From Candidatus Omnitrophota bacterium (GTDB lineage: Bacteria; Ratteibacteria; UBA8468; MWAK01): a stretch of DNA of 64,000 nucleotides. Under the pieces are notes generated by a model. That model was not told the origin of the DNA, searched no databases, and saw nothing but the letters and a program-made list of their open reading frames with translations. The stretch's first letter is position 1. Each line of letters starts with the position of its first letter. Below, one piece after another: positions 1 to 12,418 of the stretch. The translations under genes were made by a program, and so were the position numbers. The stretch lies in the NCBI GenBank assembly GCA_043826355.1, contig JBDRQI010000011.1:21418-85417 (forward strand). Direction: 5' to 3'.

Positions 1-60
1 AGGAATTTCGGTTCGTTTTCGGTCAATGAATTTTGTCTTGTGGAATCATTGCTTCTGCCC

Positions 61-125
61 GTCTGGACGAGTCGTCAGACTTCGCCGAACTTGGCGAGGT
101 CTGGCCGACCAACCGGCGCAGTTTA
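61..125. repeat. Short modular repeat (GAAGTCTG / GGCCGACC cores) upstream of recA
   Basis: The segment gtctggacga...gtctggccgaccaaccggc shares cores with 27255-27290, and in reverse complement with 33918-33972. Confidence 0.55.
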
Positions 126-160
126 CCGAAAAGTTCATTCTTTTTCACTGGAGGCGTTAG

Positions 161-1165
161 ATGGAAGATAAGGTGAAGGTCGGATTAGCGGAAGCAATTA
201 AGAATATTGAAAAGGAGTTTGGCAAAGGTGCGATTATGCGACTGGGTGAACGCGTCCACGAAAAAGTTGATGCCATTCCGACCGGTTCCCTTGCTCTTGA
301 TTATGCGTTGGGCGTTGGCGGAATTCCCCGGGGCAGGGTTACGGAAATTTTTGGTCCGGAATCTTCCGGAAAGACCACCCTGGCTTTGCATATCATCGCT
401 GAAGCCCAGAAATTAGGTGGTCAGGTTGCGTTTATAGATGCGGAACACGCCCTTGACCCGGAATATGCCCGGAAAATAGGCGTTAATATCGACGACTTGT
501 TCCTTTCCCAGCCGGATTCCGGCGAACAGGCCCTGGAGATTGCGGACCGGCTGGTCAAGAGCAATGCCATTGACGTAATTGTGGTTGATTCGGTGGCTGC
601 GCTTGTGCCCCGGGCCGAATTGGAAGGAGCGATGGGTGACAGCGTGATGGGTTTGCAGGCGCGGCTTATGAGCCAGGCGCTGCGCAAGATGACCGCAACT
701 ATAAACCGCAGTAAGACCGCGGTTCTCTTTATCAACCAGTTGCGCGAAAAGATAGGTGTCTTTTTCGGCAACCCGGAAACCACTCCCGGCGGCCGCGCTC
801 TTAAATTTTACACCAGCGTCCGCATTGACATCCGGCGCATCGGTTCCATCGAGGGCGAAAAGAATGTCAAAGGCGATAAAAACATAATCGGTAACCATAC
901 GCGGGCCAAAGTAGTCAAAAATAAAGTAGCCCCTCCGTTCCGGGAAGCGCTTTTTGACATCTATTACAACCAGGGGATATCCAAAGAGGGCTCGATTATT
1001 GACATCGGAGTGGACCAAAAGGTTTTGGAAAAGAAGGGAAACTCCTTCTATTACGGCAGTCAGAACATAGGTTTAGGACGGGAGCAGGCGCGGATTTACC
1101 TGAAAGAGCATCAGGAAGTAAGGGATAAGATCGAGGCGGAATTGCGGGCTAAAATAAACCCTTAA
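161..1165 (+). CDS. recA: Recombinase RecA
   Basis: 334-aa ORF colinear with bacterial RecA. Walker [10 protein letters not shown] is present and a ggagg SD lies just upstream. Confidence 0.97.
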   Translation: MEDKVKVGLAEAIKNIEKEFGKGAIMRLGERVHEKVDAIPTGSLALDYALGVGGIPRGRVTEIFGPESSGKTTLALHIIAEAQKLGGQVAFIDAEHALDPEYARKIGVNIDDLFLSQPDSGEQALEIADRLVKSNAIDVIVVDSVAALVPRAELEGAMGDSVMGLQARLMSQALRKMTATINRSKTAVLFINQLREKIGVFFGNPETTPGGRALKFYTSVRIDIRRIGSIEGEKNVKGDKNIIGNHTRAKVVKNKVAPPFREALFDIYYNQGISKEGSIIDIGVDQKVLEKKGNSFYYGSQNIGLGREQARIYLKEHQEVRDKIEAELRAKINP

Positions 1166-1248
1166 CCGAATTCTTGCATCTAATATTATAAACGTATGAT
1201 TTGGGATGGTTCGGGCACGGTAAATGGTACCCCTGCACAGGAGGCAGA

Positions 1249-2715
1249 ATGGAACGCAAAACAGTTATCTGGAGAATTGTTTTAACAGTTCTTTTTGTTG
1301 CGACAGCCGGCTTCTCGTTTTGGGGAGGTAAGGCGCTGGCTGAAAAGCAGTCCGGAAAATCGGTTGTGCCCCTTATGCTGGGTCCGGAGATTACTTCCTT
1401 GGAACAGGCATCCATCCGCGTGGCCGGGGTGGTTAGTCCGGCCGTGGTCACCATACGTACCACCCAGAAAGTGGCCGGGTCGCAGAATCCGTTCGGGGAC
1501 TTTTTTAACGACCCGTTCTTCCGGAGATTTTTCGGCGACATGCAGCCGCAGGAACCAAGAGAATATTTGCGGCAGGCCCTAGGCAGCGGCGTTATCGTCT
1601 CGGAAGACGGGTATATCCTTACTAATAACCACGTGATTAAAGATGCCGCCGAAGTTAAAATTAGACTTACGGATGGCCGCGAGTTTAACGCCAAGATAGT
1701 CGGCAAGGACGAAAAGACCGATCTTGCCCTGGCAAAAATTAATGCGGGAAACCTGCCTTACGCCGTTTTCGGAGATTCTTCACAGATGAAGGTGGGTCAG
1801 TGGGTGATGGCAATCGGAAACCCGTTCGGCCTGGAAAGTACGGTTACCGTCGGTGTGGTCAGCGCAACCGGCAAACACCTGGGCATCAACCCGATTGAGA
1901 GTTTTATCCAGACAGACGCTTCTATTAACCAGGGGAATAGCGGCGGACCGTTGGTTAATCTGAAAGGCGAGGTAATTGGAATTAATACTGCCATTGTCGC
2001 CAGCGGCCAGGGAATCGGTTTTGCCATTCCCTCCAATATGGCCCGGAGCGTTTTTGAGCAGATACGGATTTCCGGTAAGGTGGTGCGCGGCTACCTGGGA
2101 ATCTCGATGCAGGCGATTGACCCGGAGATGGCGCAGGAGATGGGTTTGAAACAGACCAACGGTGTTTTGATTGCCAACGTCTATCCAGATACGCCGGCGG
2201 AAAAAGCAAACCTGAAACCAGGCGACGTAATTGTAAACGTTGACAACATTCCGGTCAAAGGTCCGGATGATGTTCAAAGCAGAATCGGCAGCGCCAAACC
2301 CGGCGATGCGGTTGTGCTTCAGGTTGTTCGCAGCGGAAAGATGCTGGCACCGATATCTGTTTATCTGGCGGAGCAACCGGCGCAGATAGGTTCAGCGGCA
2401 CCCCGGCCGGGAATGACTCAACCCGGAGAGGAGAAATCCTGGCGTGGAATGAAACTTGCCGATATCGCTCCCGGTATTGCAAAGGAACTGGGGCTTTCAG
2501 TCGCTTACGGCGTGCTGGTCGTTGATGTGTCCGCCTCCAGTCCGGTGGCCGGAAAACTGCCTCCGCAGAGCGTGATTTTAGAGGTGAACCAGCAGGTGAT
2601 TAATAACCTTTCGGATTTTTTCCGGGTGGTTAAAGCAATTCCGGATTCAAAGTCGGCGATGGTGCGCGTATATACCGGCGGCAGATATTTTTATTTAATT
2701 ATTCCCGGCAAATAA
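1249..2715 (+). CDS. htrA: HtrA/DegP-family periplasmic serine protease with two PDZ-like regions
   Basis: Has the trypsin-like motifs TNNHV and GNSGGPL and an N-terminal TM/signal segment. Start moved from the ORF-track TTG 1201 to ATG 1249, which has an aggagg SD. Confidence 0.9.
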   Translation: MERKTVIWRIVLTVLFVATAGFSFWGGKALAEKQSGKSVVPLMLGPEITSLEQASIRVAGVVSPAVVTIRTTQKVAGSQNPFGDFFNDPFFRRFFGDMQPQEPREYLRQALGSGVIVSEDGYILTNNHVIKDAAEVKIRLTDGREFNAKIVGKDEKTDLALAKINAGNLPYAVFGDSSQMKVGQWVMAIGNPFGLESTVTVGVVSATGKHLGINPIESFIQTDASINQGNSGGPLVNLKGEVIGINTAIVASGQGIGFAIPSNMARSVFEQIRISGKVVRGYLGISMQAIDPEMAQEMGLKQTNGVLIANVYPDTPAEKANLKPGDVIVNVDNIPVKGPDDVQSRIGSAKPGDAVVLQVVRSGKMLAPISVYLAEQPAQIGSAAPRPGMTQPGEEKSWRGMKLADIAPGIAKELGLSVAYGVLVVDVSASSPVAGKLPPQSVILEVNQQVINNLSDFFRVVKAIPDSKSAMVRVYTGGRYFYLIIPGK

Positions 2716-2718
2716 AGG

Positions 2719-3255
2719 TTAGCGCAAAAAAAGCTTTCGCAGGAGATTTTTGGCTTTAAAGAGCCGCGATTTTATTGTTCCTTCGTTAACCTTCAACTTT
2801 TTCGCAATTTCGCGATAGGATAATTCTTCTAAATAGCGAAGGACAATTACTTCCTGAAATAAAGCAGGAAGTCTGGCGATGCATGCCCTTATCTTTTCTC
2901 CCTTTTCTGTTTTCGCAAAAGATTCGGCCCCAGATGGCAAGCCGGGAAGAGAGATTTTTACGCCTTCGGTCAGAGAAATGGTTATTTTCCGTTTTTTTCT
3001 TAACCTTTTATGGTGGAGGTTGAAGAGGATGCGGTAGGCATAGGTATAAACCCCGCTTTTTCCCTTAAAACGCGGCAGACCACGGTAAAGCCCCAGAAAA
3101 GTTTCCTGCAGGAGGTCTTTGGCTTCTTCCCGCTCTCCGCAGAGAAAAAGGGCAACGTGGTAAAGCCGGTTTTCCAGGGAAATAATAATCTGCCCGAATG
3201 CTTCTAAATCCCCGTTTTTTGCCTCTGAAACAAGTAAATTTTCATCAGCCATCAT
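2719..3255 (-). CDS. ECF-type RNA polymerase sigma-70 family factor
   Basis: Region 2 (AKDLLQETFLGLYR) and region 4 HTH (LSYREIAKKLKVNEGTIKSRL) are recognisable. An internal MMADEN start is preferred because it leaves a promoter spacer before divergent fabH. Confidence 0.8.
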   Translation of the reverse strand: MMADENLLVSEAKNGDLEAFGQIIISLENRLYHVALFLCGEREEAKDLLQETFLGLYRGLPRFKGKSGVYTYAYRILFNLHHKRLRKKRKITISLTEGVKISLPGLPSGAESFAKTEKGEKIRACIARLPALFQEVIVLRYLEELSYREIAKKLKVNEGTIKSRLFKAKNLLRKLFLR

Positions 3256-3328
3256 ACGTTTGTTCGTCTTACCAGTAAACAAGGGGTTTGTTAATAACCG
3301 CTGGTTTGGAGTATAATATACCATAAAT

Positions 3329-4303
3329 ATGGGGATAAAAATAATCGGTACCGGGTCGTACCTGCCTCAAAAAGTTTTGACCAACGCGGATTTAGAAAAG
3401 ATGGTTGAAACTTCCGATGAGTGGATTAGCACCCGGACCGGTGTTTCCGAGCGAAGGATAGCGGCGCCGGAAGAGGCCGCATCCGACCTGGGAATACACG
3501 CTTGCCGTTTGGCTCTGGAACGGGCTAATTTTTCACCCGAAAAAATTGACGCTATAATTGCTGCAACCATCACCGGCGACTACCATTTTCCGTCAACCGC
3601 CTGCCTTATTCAGAAAGGTCTGGGCGCTTCCAATGCTTTCGCTTTTGATTTAGCCGCTGCCTGTTCCGGATTCCTTTACGGCCTGGCTTGCAGCCGCGGG
3701 CTTATTCTTTCCGGACAGTGCCGTAATGTTTTGCTGGTTGCCACCGAGACCATGAGCCGGGTGACCGACTATACCGACCGGGGCACCTGCGTTCTGCTGG
3801 GTGACGGCGCCGGAGCCGTCCTCCTGTCAGCCGACGAGAAAGACGCTGTCCTGGGCAGTTACCTGGCGTCTGACGGTAACTATACCGATTTGCTTTTTAT
3901 GCCGGGCGGCGGTGGACGTTATCCGGCAAGCCACGAGACAGTGGATAAACGTCTCCACTTCATGAAAATGGAGGGGCGGGCGCTCTTTAAGGTGGCGGTG
4001 CAGTTGATGACCGAAGCCGCCCGAAAAGCCCTGGAACAGGCAAACGCAAGCCCGGGAGAAATTTCGCTGGTTATTCCGCACCAGGCAAACTTGCGCATCA
4101 TTCAGGCAGTGGTCAAGAACCTTTCCATGCCCATGGAAAAAGTTTTTTTGAATATTCATAATTACGGGAATATGTCGGCGGCTTCGTTAGCGGTCGGTTT
4201 TGACGAAGCGGTTGCCGGCGGCCGGGTAAAAGCCAACGACCTGGTGCTCCTTTTCGCTTTCGGCGCCGGTCTGACCTGGGCCGCTATGGTAATAAGGTTA
4301 TAA
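3329..4303 (+). CDS. fabH: 3-oxoacyl-ACP synthase III
   Basis: Active-site Cys context AAACSGFLYG, plus IPHQANLRI and GNMSAAS motifs. The 324-aa length is typical of FabH. Confidence 0.95.
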   Translation: MGIKIIGTGSYLPQKVLTNADLEKMVETSDEWISTRTGVSERRIAAPEEAASDLGIHACRLALERANFSPEKIDAIIAATITGDYHFPSTACLIQKGLGASNAFAFDLAAACSGFLYGLACSRGLILSGQCRNVLLVATETMSRVTDYTDRGTCVLLGDGAGAVLLSADEKDAVLGSYLASDGNYTDLLFMPGGGGRYPASHETVDKRLHFMKMEGRALFKVAVQLMTEAARKALEQANASPGEISLVIPHQANLRIIQAVVKNLSMPMEKVFLNIHNYGNMSAASLAVGFDEAVAGGRVKANDLVLLFAFGAGLTWAAMVIRL

Positions 4304-4405
4304 GTCACTTGACAACACTGCCGGAAGTTGCACTTTTTTCGCTTCTTCGGCTAATGGCAGGGAGTCTGTTTTTGCCGGACCTGACGTTATTGCAGGGATG
4401 AGCAT

Positions 4406-4435
4406 TTGACAAGTACTAAATTCAGAAGATAAAAT
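4406..4435 (+). promoter_or_regulatory. Candidate sigma-70 promoter for the LysM/NlpC gene
   Basis: TTGACA at 4406-4411, a 17-18 nt spacer, then ATAAAAT/TAAAAT about 40 nt before the ATG at 4475. Confidence 0.35.
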
Positions 4436-4474
4436 ATAAAGACGAAGTTATTTTTAGTCTACAAATGAGGTGAA

Positions 4475-5377
4475 ATGCGTTATTTAAAATTACTCGTGCT
4501 TTCGGTCTGCTTATTTTTTGCGCCGGCTTTTCTTTACGCCCAGCAGAAACATATTGTCGCCAAAGGAGAAAACCTTTACCGTATCGCCAAAAACCACAAT
4601 ATTTCGGTTGAAGATTTAAAACGTCTTAATAACCTTTCCGGCAATCTTATCAATACGGGGCAGAAACTGATAATCAGCAGCACCGAAGATGAAGAGAGCA
4701 CGGCATCTGAAGTCGGGTCGGTCTACCACACCAAAAAGACATACCACCGGATTCGCAGCGGTGACACCTTATCCAAGATTGCCCGCAAGTATGAAATCAC
4801 AATTGCGGAACTGAAGCGCTTCAACCAGAATGTTTCCGCTACCCAGCTTCAGATCAACAGCCGTCTTTTGGTTAAAGTTGACCGGGTTCGCGTACCCGAA
4901 GAAACAGAACCGAGGTTGGAGATTGCGGATAATGTGCCGGGCGAAATCGTAAAATCCAGGCTGCCTAAAGGAATTTCAGTAGATGGCGTCGCGGCCGAAC
5001 TTTTGGAGAGGGCGTTTGCTTTCCTGGATGTGCCGTACCGGTTAGGTGGTTTCAATAATCTGGGGATAGATTGTTCCGGTCTGGTTAAGAGGGCTTTCGG
5101 CGCCATCGGAGTTGACCTTCCCCGGACATCCCGGACCCAGTTTTTGGAAGGTACGCCGGTTCCCATCGCGGAGATTTCACCCGGCGACCTGCTCTTTTTT
5201 GCCAGGTCGACGACCGGCCGTTCTCCGTCGCATGTGGCTATCTATCTGGGCAACGGTTTGATTCTGCACGCCAGCAGCGCTGCCCGACGCGTCATTGTTG
5301 ACAGTTTTGAATCGTCCACCTACCTGAAAAGCCGCTGTCTCGGCGCCCGCCGTATTTTAACGGATTCCGAAAAATAG
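4475..5377 (+). CDS. Secreted peptidoglycan hydrolase, 2x LysM + NlpC/P60
   Basis: Signal peptide, two LysM repeats (GENLYRIAKNHNISVEDLKRLN; GDTLSKIARKYEITIAELKRFN) and a C-terminal NlpC/P60 region with DCSGLV and a downstream His. Confidence 0.87.
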   Translation: MRYLKLLVLSVCLFFAPAFLYAQQKHIVAKGENLYRIAKNHNISVEDLKRLNNLSGNLINTGQKLIISSTEDEESTASEVGSVYHTKKTYHRIRSGDTLSKIARKYEITIAELKRFNQNVSATQLQINSRLLVKVDRVRVPEETEPRLEIADNVPGEIVKSRLPKGISVDGVAAELLERAFAFLDVPYRLGGFNNLGIDCSGLVKRAFGAIGVDLPRTSRTQFLEGTPVPIAEISPGDLLFFARSTTGRSPSHVAIYLGNGLILHASSAARRVIVDSFESSTYLKSRCLGARRILTDSEK

Positions 5378-5419
5378 TAAACTGCATACTATTCATCATT
5401 TATCGTTAACCGCTTCTAT

Positions 5420-6409
5420 ATGATTGATTACGTTGATATTTTTATTTTTTCCGGTAAGGGTGGCGACGGGGCGGTTGCGTTCCGCCGTGAAAAATATGTT
5501 CCCCGCGGCGGACCTTCCGGCGGCGACGGCGGCGACGGCGGTTCGGTTACTATCCGGAGTGATGCTTCCGCAAACACCCTGATTGATTTCCGCTACCGGC
5601 ACCACTTTCGCGCTCAGCCCGGCGGAAACGGGCAGAAGAACCAAAAAACAGGTTCGGATGGCGAAAACCTTATCATCATCGTTCCACCGGGAACGGTTGT
5701 TAAAACCAAGGACGGCATAATTATTGCCGATCTGGAGAAACCGGGCCAGGAAGTTATGGTGGCAAAGGGAGGTAAGGGAGGTTTTGGAAATGACCATTTC
5801 TCCACCGCAACCATGCAGACGCCCCGGTTTGCCCAAAAAGGAACCCCGGGCGAAGAAGCGCACCTTGTCCTGGAACTTAAATTAATTGCTGACGCCGGTC
5901 TGGTTGGCTATCCCAACAGTGGAAAATCAACACTGCTTTCTGTAATCTCCCGCAGTAAGCCCAAAATTGCGCCCTATCCTTTCACCACCCTGGAACCATG
6001 CCTGGGCCTGGTGCTTCTTGATAATGGCTATAGTTTTACGGCGGCGGATATCCCCGGGTTAATTGAAGGCGCCCACAAAGGGAGGGGTTTAGGCGACCGC
6101 TTTCTGCGCCACATTGAAAGGACCCGGGTTATTCTGCATATAGTTGACCTTTCCGAGCCGGACCCAATTGAGCGATATTGGAAAATTCGCGAAGAACTGG
6201 CGGGGTATGGCTGCGGCCTGGCTGAAAAAGCGGAAATTATTGTTGCCAATAAGATTGATTTGCCGAAAACGAAGGGAAATATAACTGTTTTCCAGAAAGA
6301 GATGGAGTTGATTGGCAAACAGGTCTTTCCAATTTCAGCCCTGCGCCGGGAGGGTTTAAACCCGCTGCTTTACGCAACCGCTGAAATTTTACGAAATTCA
6401 AAAACGTAG
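5420..6409 (+). CDS. obg: GTPase Obg/CgtA
   Basis: Glycine-rich Obg fold (GGDGGDGGSV) followed by GTPase motifs GYPNSGKST, DIPG and NKID. Confidence 0.95.
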   Translation: MIDYVDIFIFSGKGGDGAVAFRREKYVPRGGPSGGDGGDGGSVTIRSDASANTLIDFRYRHHFRAQPGGNGQKNQKTGSDGENLIIIVPPGTVVKTKDGIIIADLEKPGQEVMVAKGGKGGFGNDHFSTATMQTPRFAQKGTPGEEAHLVLELKLIADAGLVGYPNSGKSTLLSVISRSKPKIAPYPFTTLEPCLGLVLLDNGYSFTAADIPGLIEGAHKGRGLGDRFLRHIERTRVILHIVDLSEPDPIERYWKIREELAGYGCGLAEKAEIIVANKIDLPKTKGNITVFQKEMELIGKQVFPISALRREGLNPLLYATAEILRNSKT

Positions 6410-6508
6410 TTTTGCAGGGAGAAGCCGCGTCTTCCCGCGGGCTGAGCTTCACCAAATCCGCCCTGGCGGGCGGGGATGTAATCTTGCCCCTACATTGCAA
6501 TCATGATG

Positions 6509-7738
6509 CTATGTTTTACCCAGCTCAAACGCTTTATGCAGGCTGCGGACCGCTTTTTGATGTTCTTTCTTACGGATAACGCAGGATATCTTAATCTCCG
6601 ATGTGCTGATCATTTCAATATTAACCCCTGCCCGGCTTAAAGCGGAAAACATTCTGGCGGCCACGCCGGAATGGCTCTGCATTCCGATGCCGATGATGGA
6701 AATCTTGGCGATGTCAGAATCAACCGCGATTCCCTCTGCTTTAATCTCCTTGGCAATTTTCGCGGCAATCTGCCGGGTATTTTCCAGGTCTTCCGAGGGA
6801 ACGGTAAAAGAAAGGTCGGTTTTTCCTTCCTTGCTTACGTTCTGGATAATCATATCCACGTTGATCTTCTTCGCGGCTACCGCGGTAAATATACGGGCCG
6901 CTATTCCGGGCCGGTCCGGTACAGCGAAGATGGATAGTTTGGCTTCCCGGTCGGTCCCGGTGACTGCGGAAATTAAAGGCTCTTCCAGGTTTTTTGTTCT
7001 CTTTTTCGTTTTCTCCGTAATCATCGTTCCTTCCCCTTCCCGAAAAGTTGATTTTACCAGAATAGTTACTTTGTTTTTTTGCCCGAACTCAACCGCCCGG
7101 GACTGCATTACGGCCGCCCCCGCCGATGCCATTTCCAGCGCTTCTTCATAAGATATCAGCGGAATGAGGCGGCTTTCCGGCTCTATCCTCGGGTCTGCGG
7201 TGAGGATTCCGGGTACGTCGGTATATATTTCGCAGATATCGGCTTCTAAACTCTTGGCCAGGGCAACTGCAGAGAGGTCACTGCCGCCTCTACCCAGGGT
7301 GGTTATCCGGTCATCCTCTGTTACGCCCTGAAAACCGGTTACCACCGCAACCGCACCCTTCTCCAGCGTTTCTTTTAACCGGGAAGTTTTTAAAAATTTG
7401 ATTCGCGCCTTAGTGTGAGTGGTATCGGTTATTATGCCTGCTTCCCGACCGGTAAAGGTGCGGCTGGGTACGCCTATCTTTTGAAGGGCCATGGCCAGGA
7501 GACTGGCCGAAATCATCTCTCCGGTGGAAAGGAGCAGGTCCATCTCCGGTCCGCGTTCCAGATTACCCACCTGTGACGCCAGGGCAAGAAGATGGTCGGT
7601 GGTGTCGCCCATCGCCGAAACCACAACGGCAATCCGGTTCTTTCCCATCAGCCGTTTCTTAATCTTTTGCGCAACCCGGGTAATTTTTTCCGCGCTGGAT
7701 AGAGATGAACCACCAAATTTCTGGACAATTATCATCAT
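6509..7738 (-). CDS. lysC: Aspartate kinase
   Basis: N-terminal VQKFGGSSL kinase motif and two C-terminal ACT-like repeats. The start chosen makes an ATGA overlap with the lgt stop; the ORF track extends to 7753. Confidence 0.92.
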   Translation of the reverse strand: MMIIVQKFGGSSLSSAEKITRVAQKIKKRLMGKNRIAVVVSAMGDTTDHLLALASQVGNLERGPEMDLLLSTGEMISASLLAMALQKIGVPSRTFTGREAGIITDTTHTKARIKFLKTSRLKETLEKGAVAVVTGFQGVTEDDRITTLGRGGSDLSAVALAKSLEADICEIYTDVPGILTADPRIEPESRLIPLISYEEALEMASAGAAVMQSRAVEFGQKNKVTILVKSTFREGEGTMITEKTKKRTKNLEEPLISAVTGTDREAKLSIFAVPDRPGIAARIFTAVAAKKINVDMIIQNVSKEGKTDLSFTVPSEDLENTRQIAAKIAKEIKAEGIAVDSDIAKISIIGIGMQSHSGVAARMFSALSRAGVNIEMISTSEIKISCVIRKKEHQKAVRSLHKAFELGKT

Positions 7739-8469
7739 GAGCGCTGTCGGCATCTAATCAGGGCGATACCACCGATCAGCACAAACACAACGGCGTACCA
7801 TTGCGTGGTGTAAAGCCCCAGAAAACCCGGCAACAGGTCGCCGCGCAGGCTGTCAACCGCCGACCTGATAAAACCGTAGAGGATAAGATACCAGGCGGTT
7901 AATTCGCCCGGCTTTGTTTCATTACGGCTGAAGGCGTAAAGGATAAGGAAGAGCGCGGCATCAGCCAGAGCGTAATATAGTTCAGTTGGATGGACGTAAT
8001 AGCCCAGAAAAGGAAAATTTACGGACCAGGGGAGGTTTGATGGTTTACCGTAACAACAGCCGTTGAAAAAACAGCCGACCCGGCCGATCGCCTGGCCTAA
8101 CGGAAGGTAAAGGAAGAAATTATCCAGGACCGGTCGGACGGCAATTTTTTTCCGGCGCAGATAACATATGCCGCCGGCCAGGCCGAAGAGCAGGCCGCCC
8201 TGAATCGCCAGGCCGCCCCGGCGCAGCAGAAAAATTTCCCAAAAGTGACGCTGGTAGTATGACCATTCAGCCGTGATGTGAATGAACCTGGCTCCCAGGA
8301 TTCCGACCAGGATGGCCAGGAAGACAAGATTGTAAATAAGTTGTTCGGGGATACCAAGTTTTCGGCAACGGCGCAAACCCAGAAGAAAGGCAACGGTGAT
8401 GCCGCCCGCCACAAAGAGGCCGTATGTATAGACCGTAAAACTTCCAATTTTAAAAAGTATCGGGTTCAT
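7735..8469 (-). CDS. lgt: Prolipoprotein diacylglyceryl transferase
   Basis: Polytopic membrane protein with the conserved GRVGCFFNGCCYG motif. Confidence 0.93.
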   Translation of the reverse strand: MNPILFKIGSFTVYTYGLFVAGGITVAFLLGLRRCRKLGIPEQLIYNLVFLAILVGILGARFIHITAEWSYYQRHFWEIFLLRRGGLAIQGGLLFGLAGGICYLRRKKIAVRPVLDNFFLYLPLGQAIGRVGCFFNGCCYGKPSNLPWSVNFPFLGYYVHPTELYYALADAALFLILYAFSRNETKPGELTAWYLILYGFIRSAVDSLRGDLLPGFLGLYTTQWYAVVFVLIGGIALIRCRQRS

Positions 8470-8486
8470 TGTCTTTTTATTTTACT

Positions 8487-8945
8487 TCATCCCCGGTCCT
8501 TTTCGCAAAATAAAATATTGGCGATGATGAATGTGGCGCCGAGGGTCAGGGCGGCGTCAGCCAGGTTGAAGGTTGGTATACGCCAGAGCAGGATAAAATC
8601 AAAGACGCGCCCCAAAAGAAGACGGTCTGCGAGGTTTCCAAACATGCCGCCCCAGACCAGCCCGATACCTGCCGCTAAAAGGCCGTCTTTTTTTTGGCTC
8701 TTTTTCCACAAGTCAAGCGTAAGGCAGCTTACCAGATAGGACAATAAGACGGTAATAATTTTGAGATATTTAGGGTACCAGAAACCGAAGAAAAAACCGG
8801 GGTTGTAGAAAGGGGCTAATTCTAAAAAGCCGGGGATGATAACCCGGGGGCTGAAAAACTTCTCCCCCCAGAATTTTGTTGCCTGATCGCAGAAGAAAAT
8901 CAATACTGACCAACGGAAGGGTGATCGCAGGGTCTGGTATGACAC
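8487..8945 (-). CDS. lspA: Lipoprotein signal peptidase II
   Basis: Four hydrophobic segments plus YNPGFFFG and FNLADAAL motifs characteristic of LspA. Confidence 0.9.
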   Translation of the reverse strand: MSYQTLRSPFRWSVLIFFCDQATKFWGEKFFSPRVIIPGFLELAPFYNPGFFFGFWYPKYLKIITVLLSYLVSCLTLDLWKKSQKKDGLLAAGIGLVWGGMFGNLADRLLLGRVFDFILLWRIPTFNLADAALTLGATFIIANILFCEKDRG

Positions 8946-8948
8946 AAT

Positions 8949-9311
8949 TCAAAACTCCATTTTCGCCTGACACCCGAAACAGTGTCTGGCTTGAGGTACG
9001 GCGGTCAAGCGCTTGACCTCAATCTTTGCACCGCACTTCTCGCATCTTCCGTATTTTCCTTTATCAATTCTGACAAGAGCTTCTTCCACCTCTCGCAGGG
9101 AAGTGTTTTCCTCGGTGACCAGTCCCAGGTTTAAATCCCGCTCAAAATTATCGGTGCCCAGGTCAGCCGGGTGAGTGGTAATACCGCCCAGGTCCGAATC
9201 TCTTTCGGTATTCAAAAGCCCGTTGCTTTTCAGATCGGAAAGGCTCTTCAGAATGCGCGCGTACTCTTTCTCCAGAGTTTTGCGGTATTTTTCCAGTTCT
9301 TTTTTATCCAT
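8949..9311 (-). CDS. dksA: DksA/TraR-family C4 zinc-finger protein
   Basis: 120 aa with a coiled-coil N-terminus and a C-terminal CEKCGAKI...CFGC zinc finger. Confidence 0.82.
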   Translation of the reverse strand: MDKKELEKYRKTLEKEYARILKSLSDLKSNGLLNTERDSDLGGITTHPADLGTDNFERDLNLGLVTEENTSLREVEEALVRIDKGKYGRCEKCGAKIEVKRLTAVPQARHCFGCQAKMEF

Positions 9312-9444
9312 TATGTATGTTTCAATGTTTTATAGTTGCCGGGCTTGCCTCGCGCGGCGCCGCAAATTAAATTAATTTAGAAATTTTACCATCAAAAACG
9401 GTTTCCGTCAAGAGGGAGGAGTGGAAAATATTGCGGTTTGCCTC

Positions 9445-11516
<2,072 letters not shown>

Positions 11517-11552
11517 AAACTATATTCTCCCCGCTAAAAAAACGCGCATGTT

Positions 11553-12407
11553 TCACAATCCCTGCCTGTTAGTCAAAAAACGTTTCAGGGCATCCTGCCA
11601 GTCCGGCATTTGGAAATTCAGGAAATTTTCCAGGACTGAATTTCTCAACACGGAATAAGCGGGGCGCGCCGCGGCCCTCTTGAGTTCTTTGAAGCTGATT
11701 GGTTGGACCGGGTTATCCTTTCCGGCTTCCTTTAAAATGGCGACTGCAAACCCAAACCGGGAAGTGCTGCCCCGATTGGCGACGTGGTAAATTCCGTATT
11801 CGCCGTTTTTGATAATTTTAATTATACCCTGACATAAATCATTCGTCAAAGTAGGGGAACCGGTTTGGTCGTTAACAACCCGCAACTCTTTCCCTTTTTT
11901 TGCCTGGTCCAGAATAGCCGCCGGAAAATTATTGCCGTGTTTTCCGAAAAGCCAGGAAGTGCGGATGATGAAGAATTTACGGAGCAGGCCGCTGACGTAA
12001 AATTCCCCGGCTAGTTTGGAACGGCCGTAAACCTGAATCGGGTTAGCCGGGTCGTGTTCCCGGTAGGGCAATCTCTTTTTGCCGTCAAATACAAAATCAG
12101 TGGAAATATACACCAGGGGTATCTTCAAGTCGGCGCAGGCGGCAGCCACGTTAGCCGTTCCCTGGGTGTTAACCTCCAGGGCCTTTTCCGGCCATTTTTC
12201 GCAGCCATCTACATCAGTGTAGGCGGCGGTATGGATAATCAGGTCCGGCCGGATGGCGGTTATCGTTTTAACGGCATCGTTTTTTTGCGTAATCTTAAAT
12301 TCCGGCAAGTCAAGGCCAACCGGGTTGAACGAAGGAGCGAGGGACGCCATCAGGTCAGTACCTAACATTCCCCGGTGTCCGGTTATCAGAATTTTTAGTT
12401 TTTTCAC
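11553..12407 (-). CDS. rfbD: dTDP-4-dehydrorhamnose reductase
   Basis: RmlD-type pattern with ILITGHRGMLG and YGRSKLAGE. It lies in an rfb gene run. Confidence 0.9.
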   Translation of the reverse strand: MKKLKILITGHRGMLGTDLMASLAPSFNPVGLDLPEFKITQKNDAVKTITAIRPDLIIHTAAYTDVDGCEKWPEKALEVNTQGTANVAAACADLKIPLVYISTDFVFDGKKRLPYREHDPANPIQVYGRSKLAGEFYVSGLLRKFFIIRTSWLFGKHGNNFPAAILDQAKKGKELRVVNDQTGSPTLTNDLCQGIIKIIKNGEYGIYHVANRGSTSRFGFAVAILKEAGKDNPVQPISFKELKRAAARPAYSVLRNSVLENFLNFQMPDWQDALKRFLTNRQGL

Positions 12408-12418
12408 AAATATTCCTG

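Noticed and set aside
413-1018. Long antisense ORFs inside conserved genes (for example 413-1018, 1780-2376, 9997-10725, 19734-20315, 28025-28732, 31867-32496, 39054-39605, 61462-61893)
   Set aside because: Each lies fully within, and opposite to, a gene with strong family motifs. None has recognisable motifs or plausible start signals.
1201-1248. TTG start for htrA at 1201
   Set aside because: The ATG at 1249 has an aggagg SD and yields a normal signal/TM N-terminus. The upstream 16 codons look like untranslated leader.
6410-6508. Bidirectional terminator between convergent obg and lysC
   Set aside because: GC-rich short stems (ccgcg..cgcgg; ccgcc..ggcgg) are visible, but there is no clear T-run and the stems are short. 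Evidence is too weak for a feature call.
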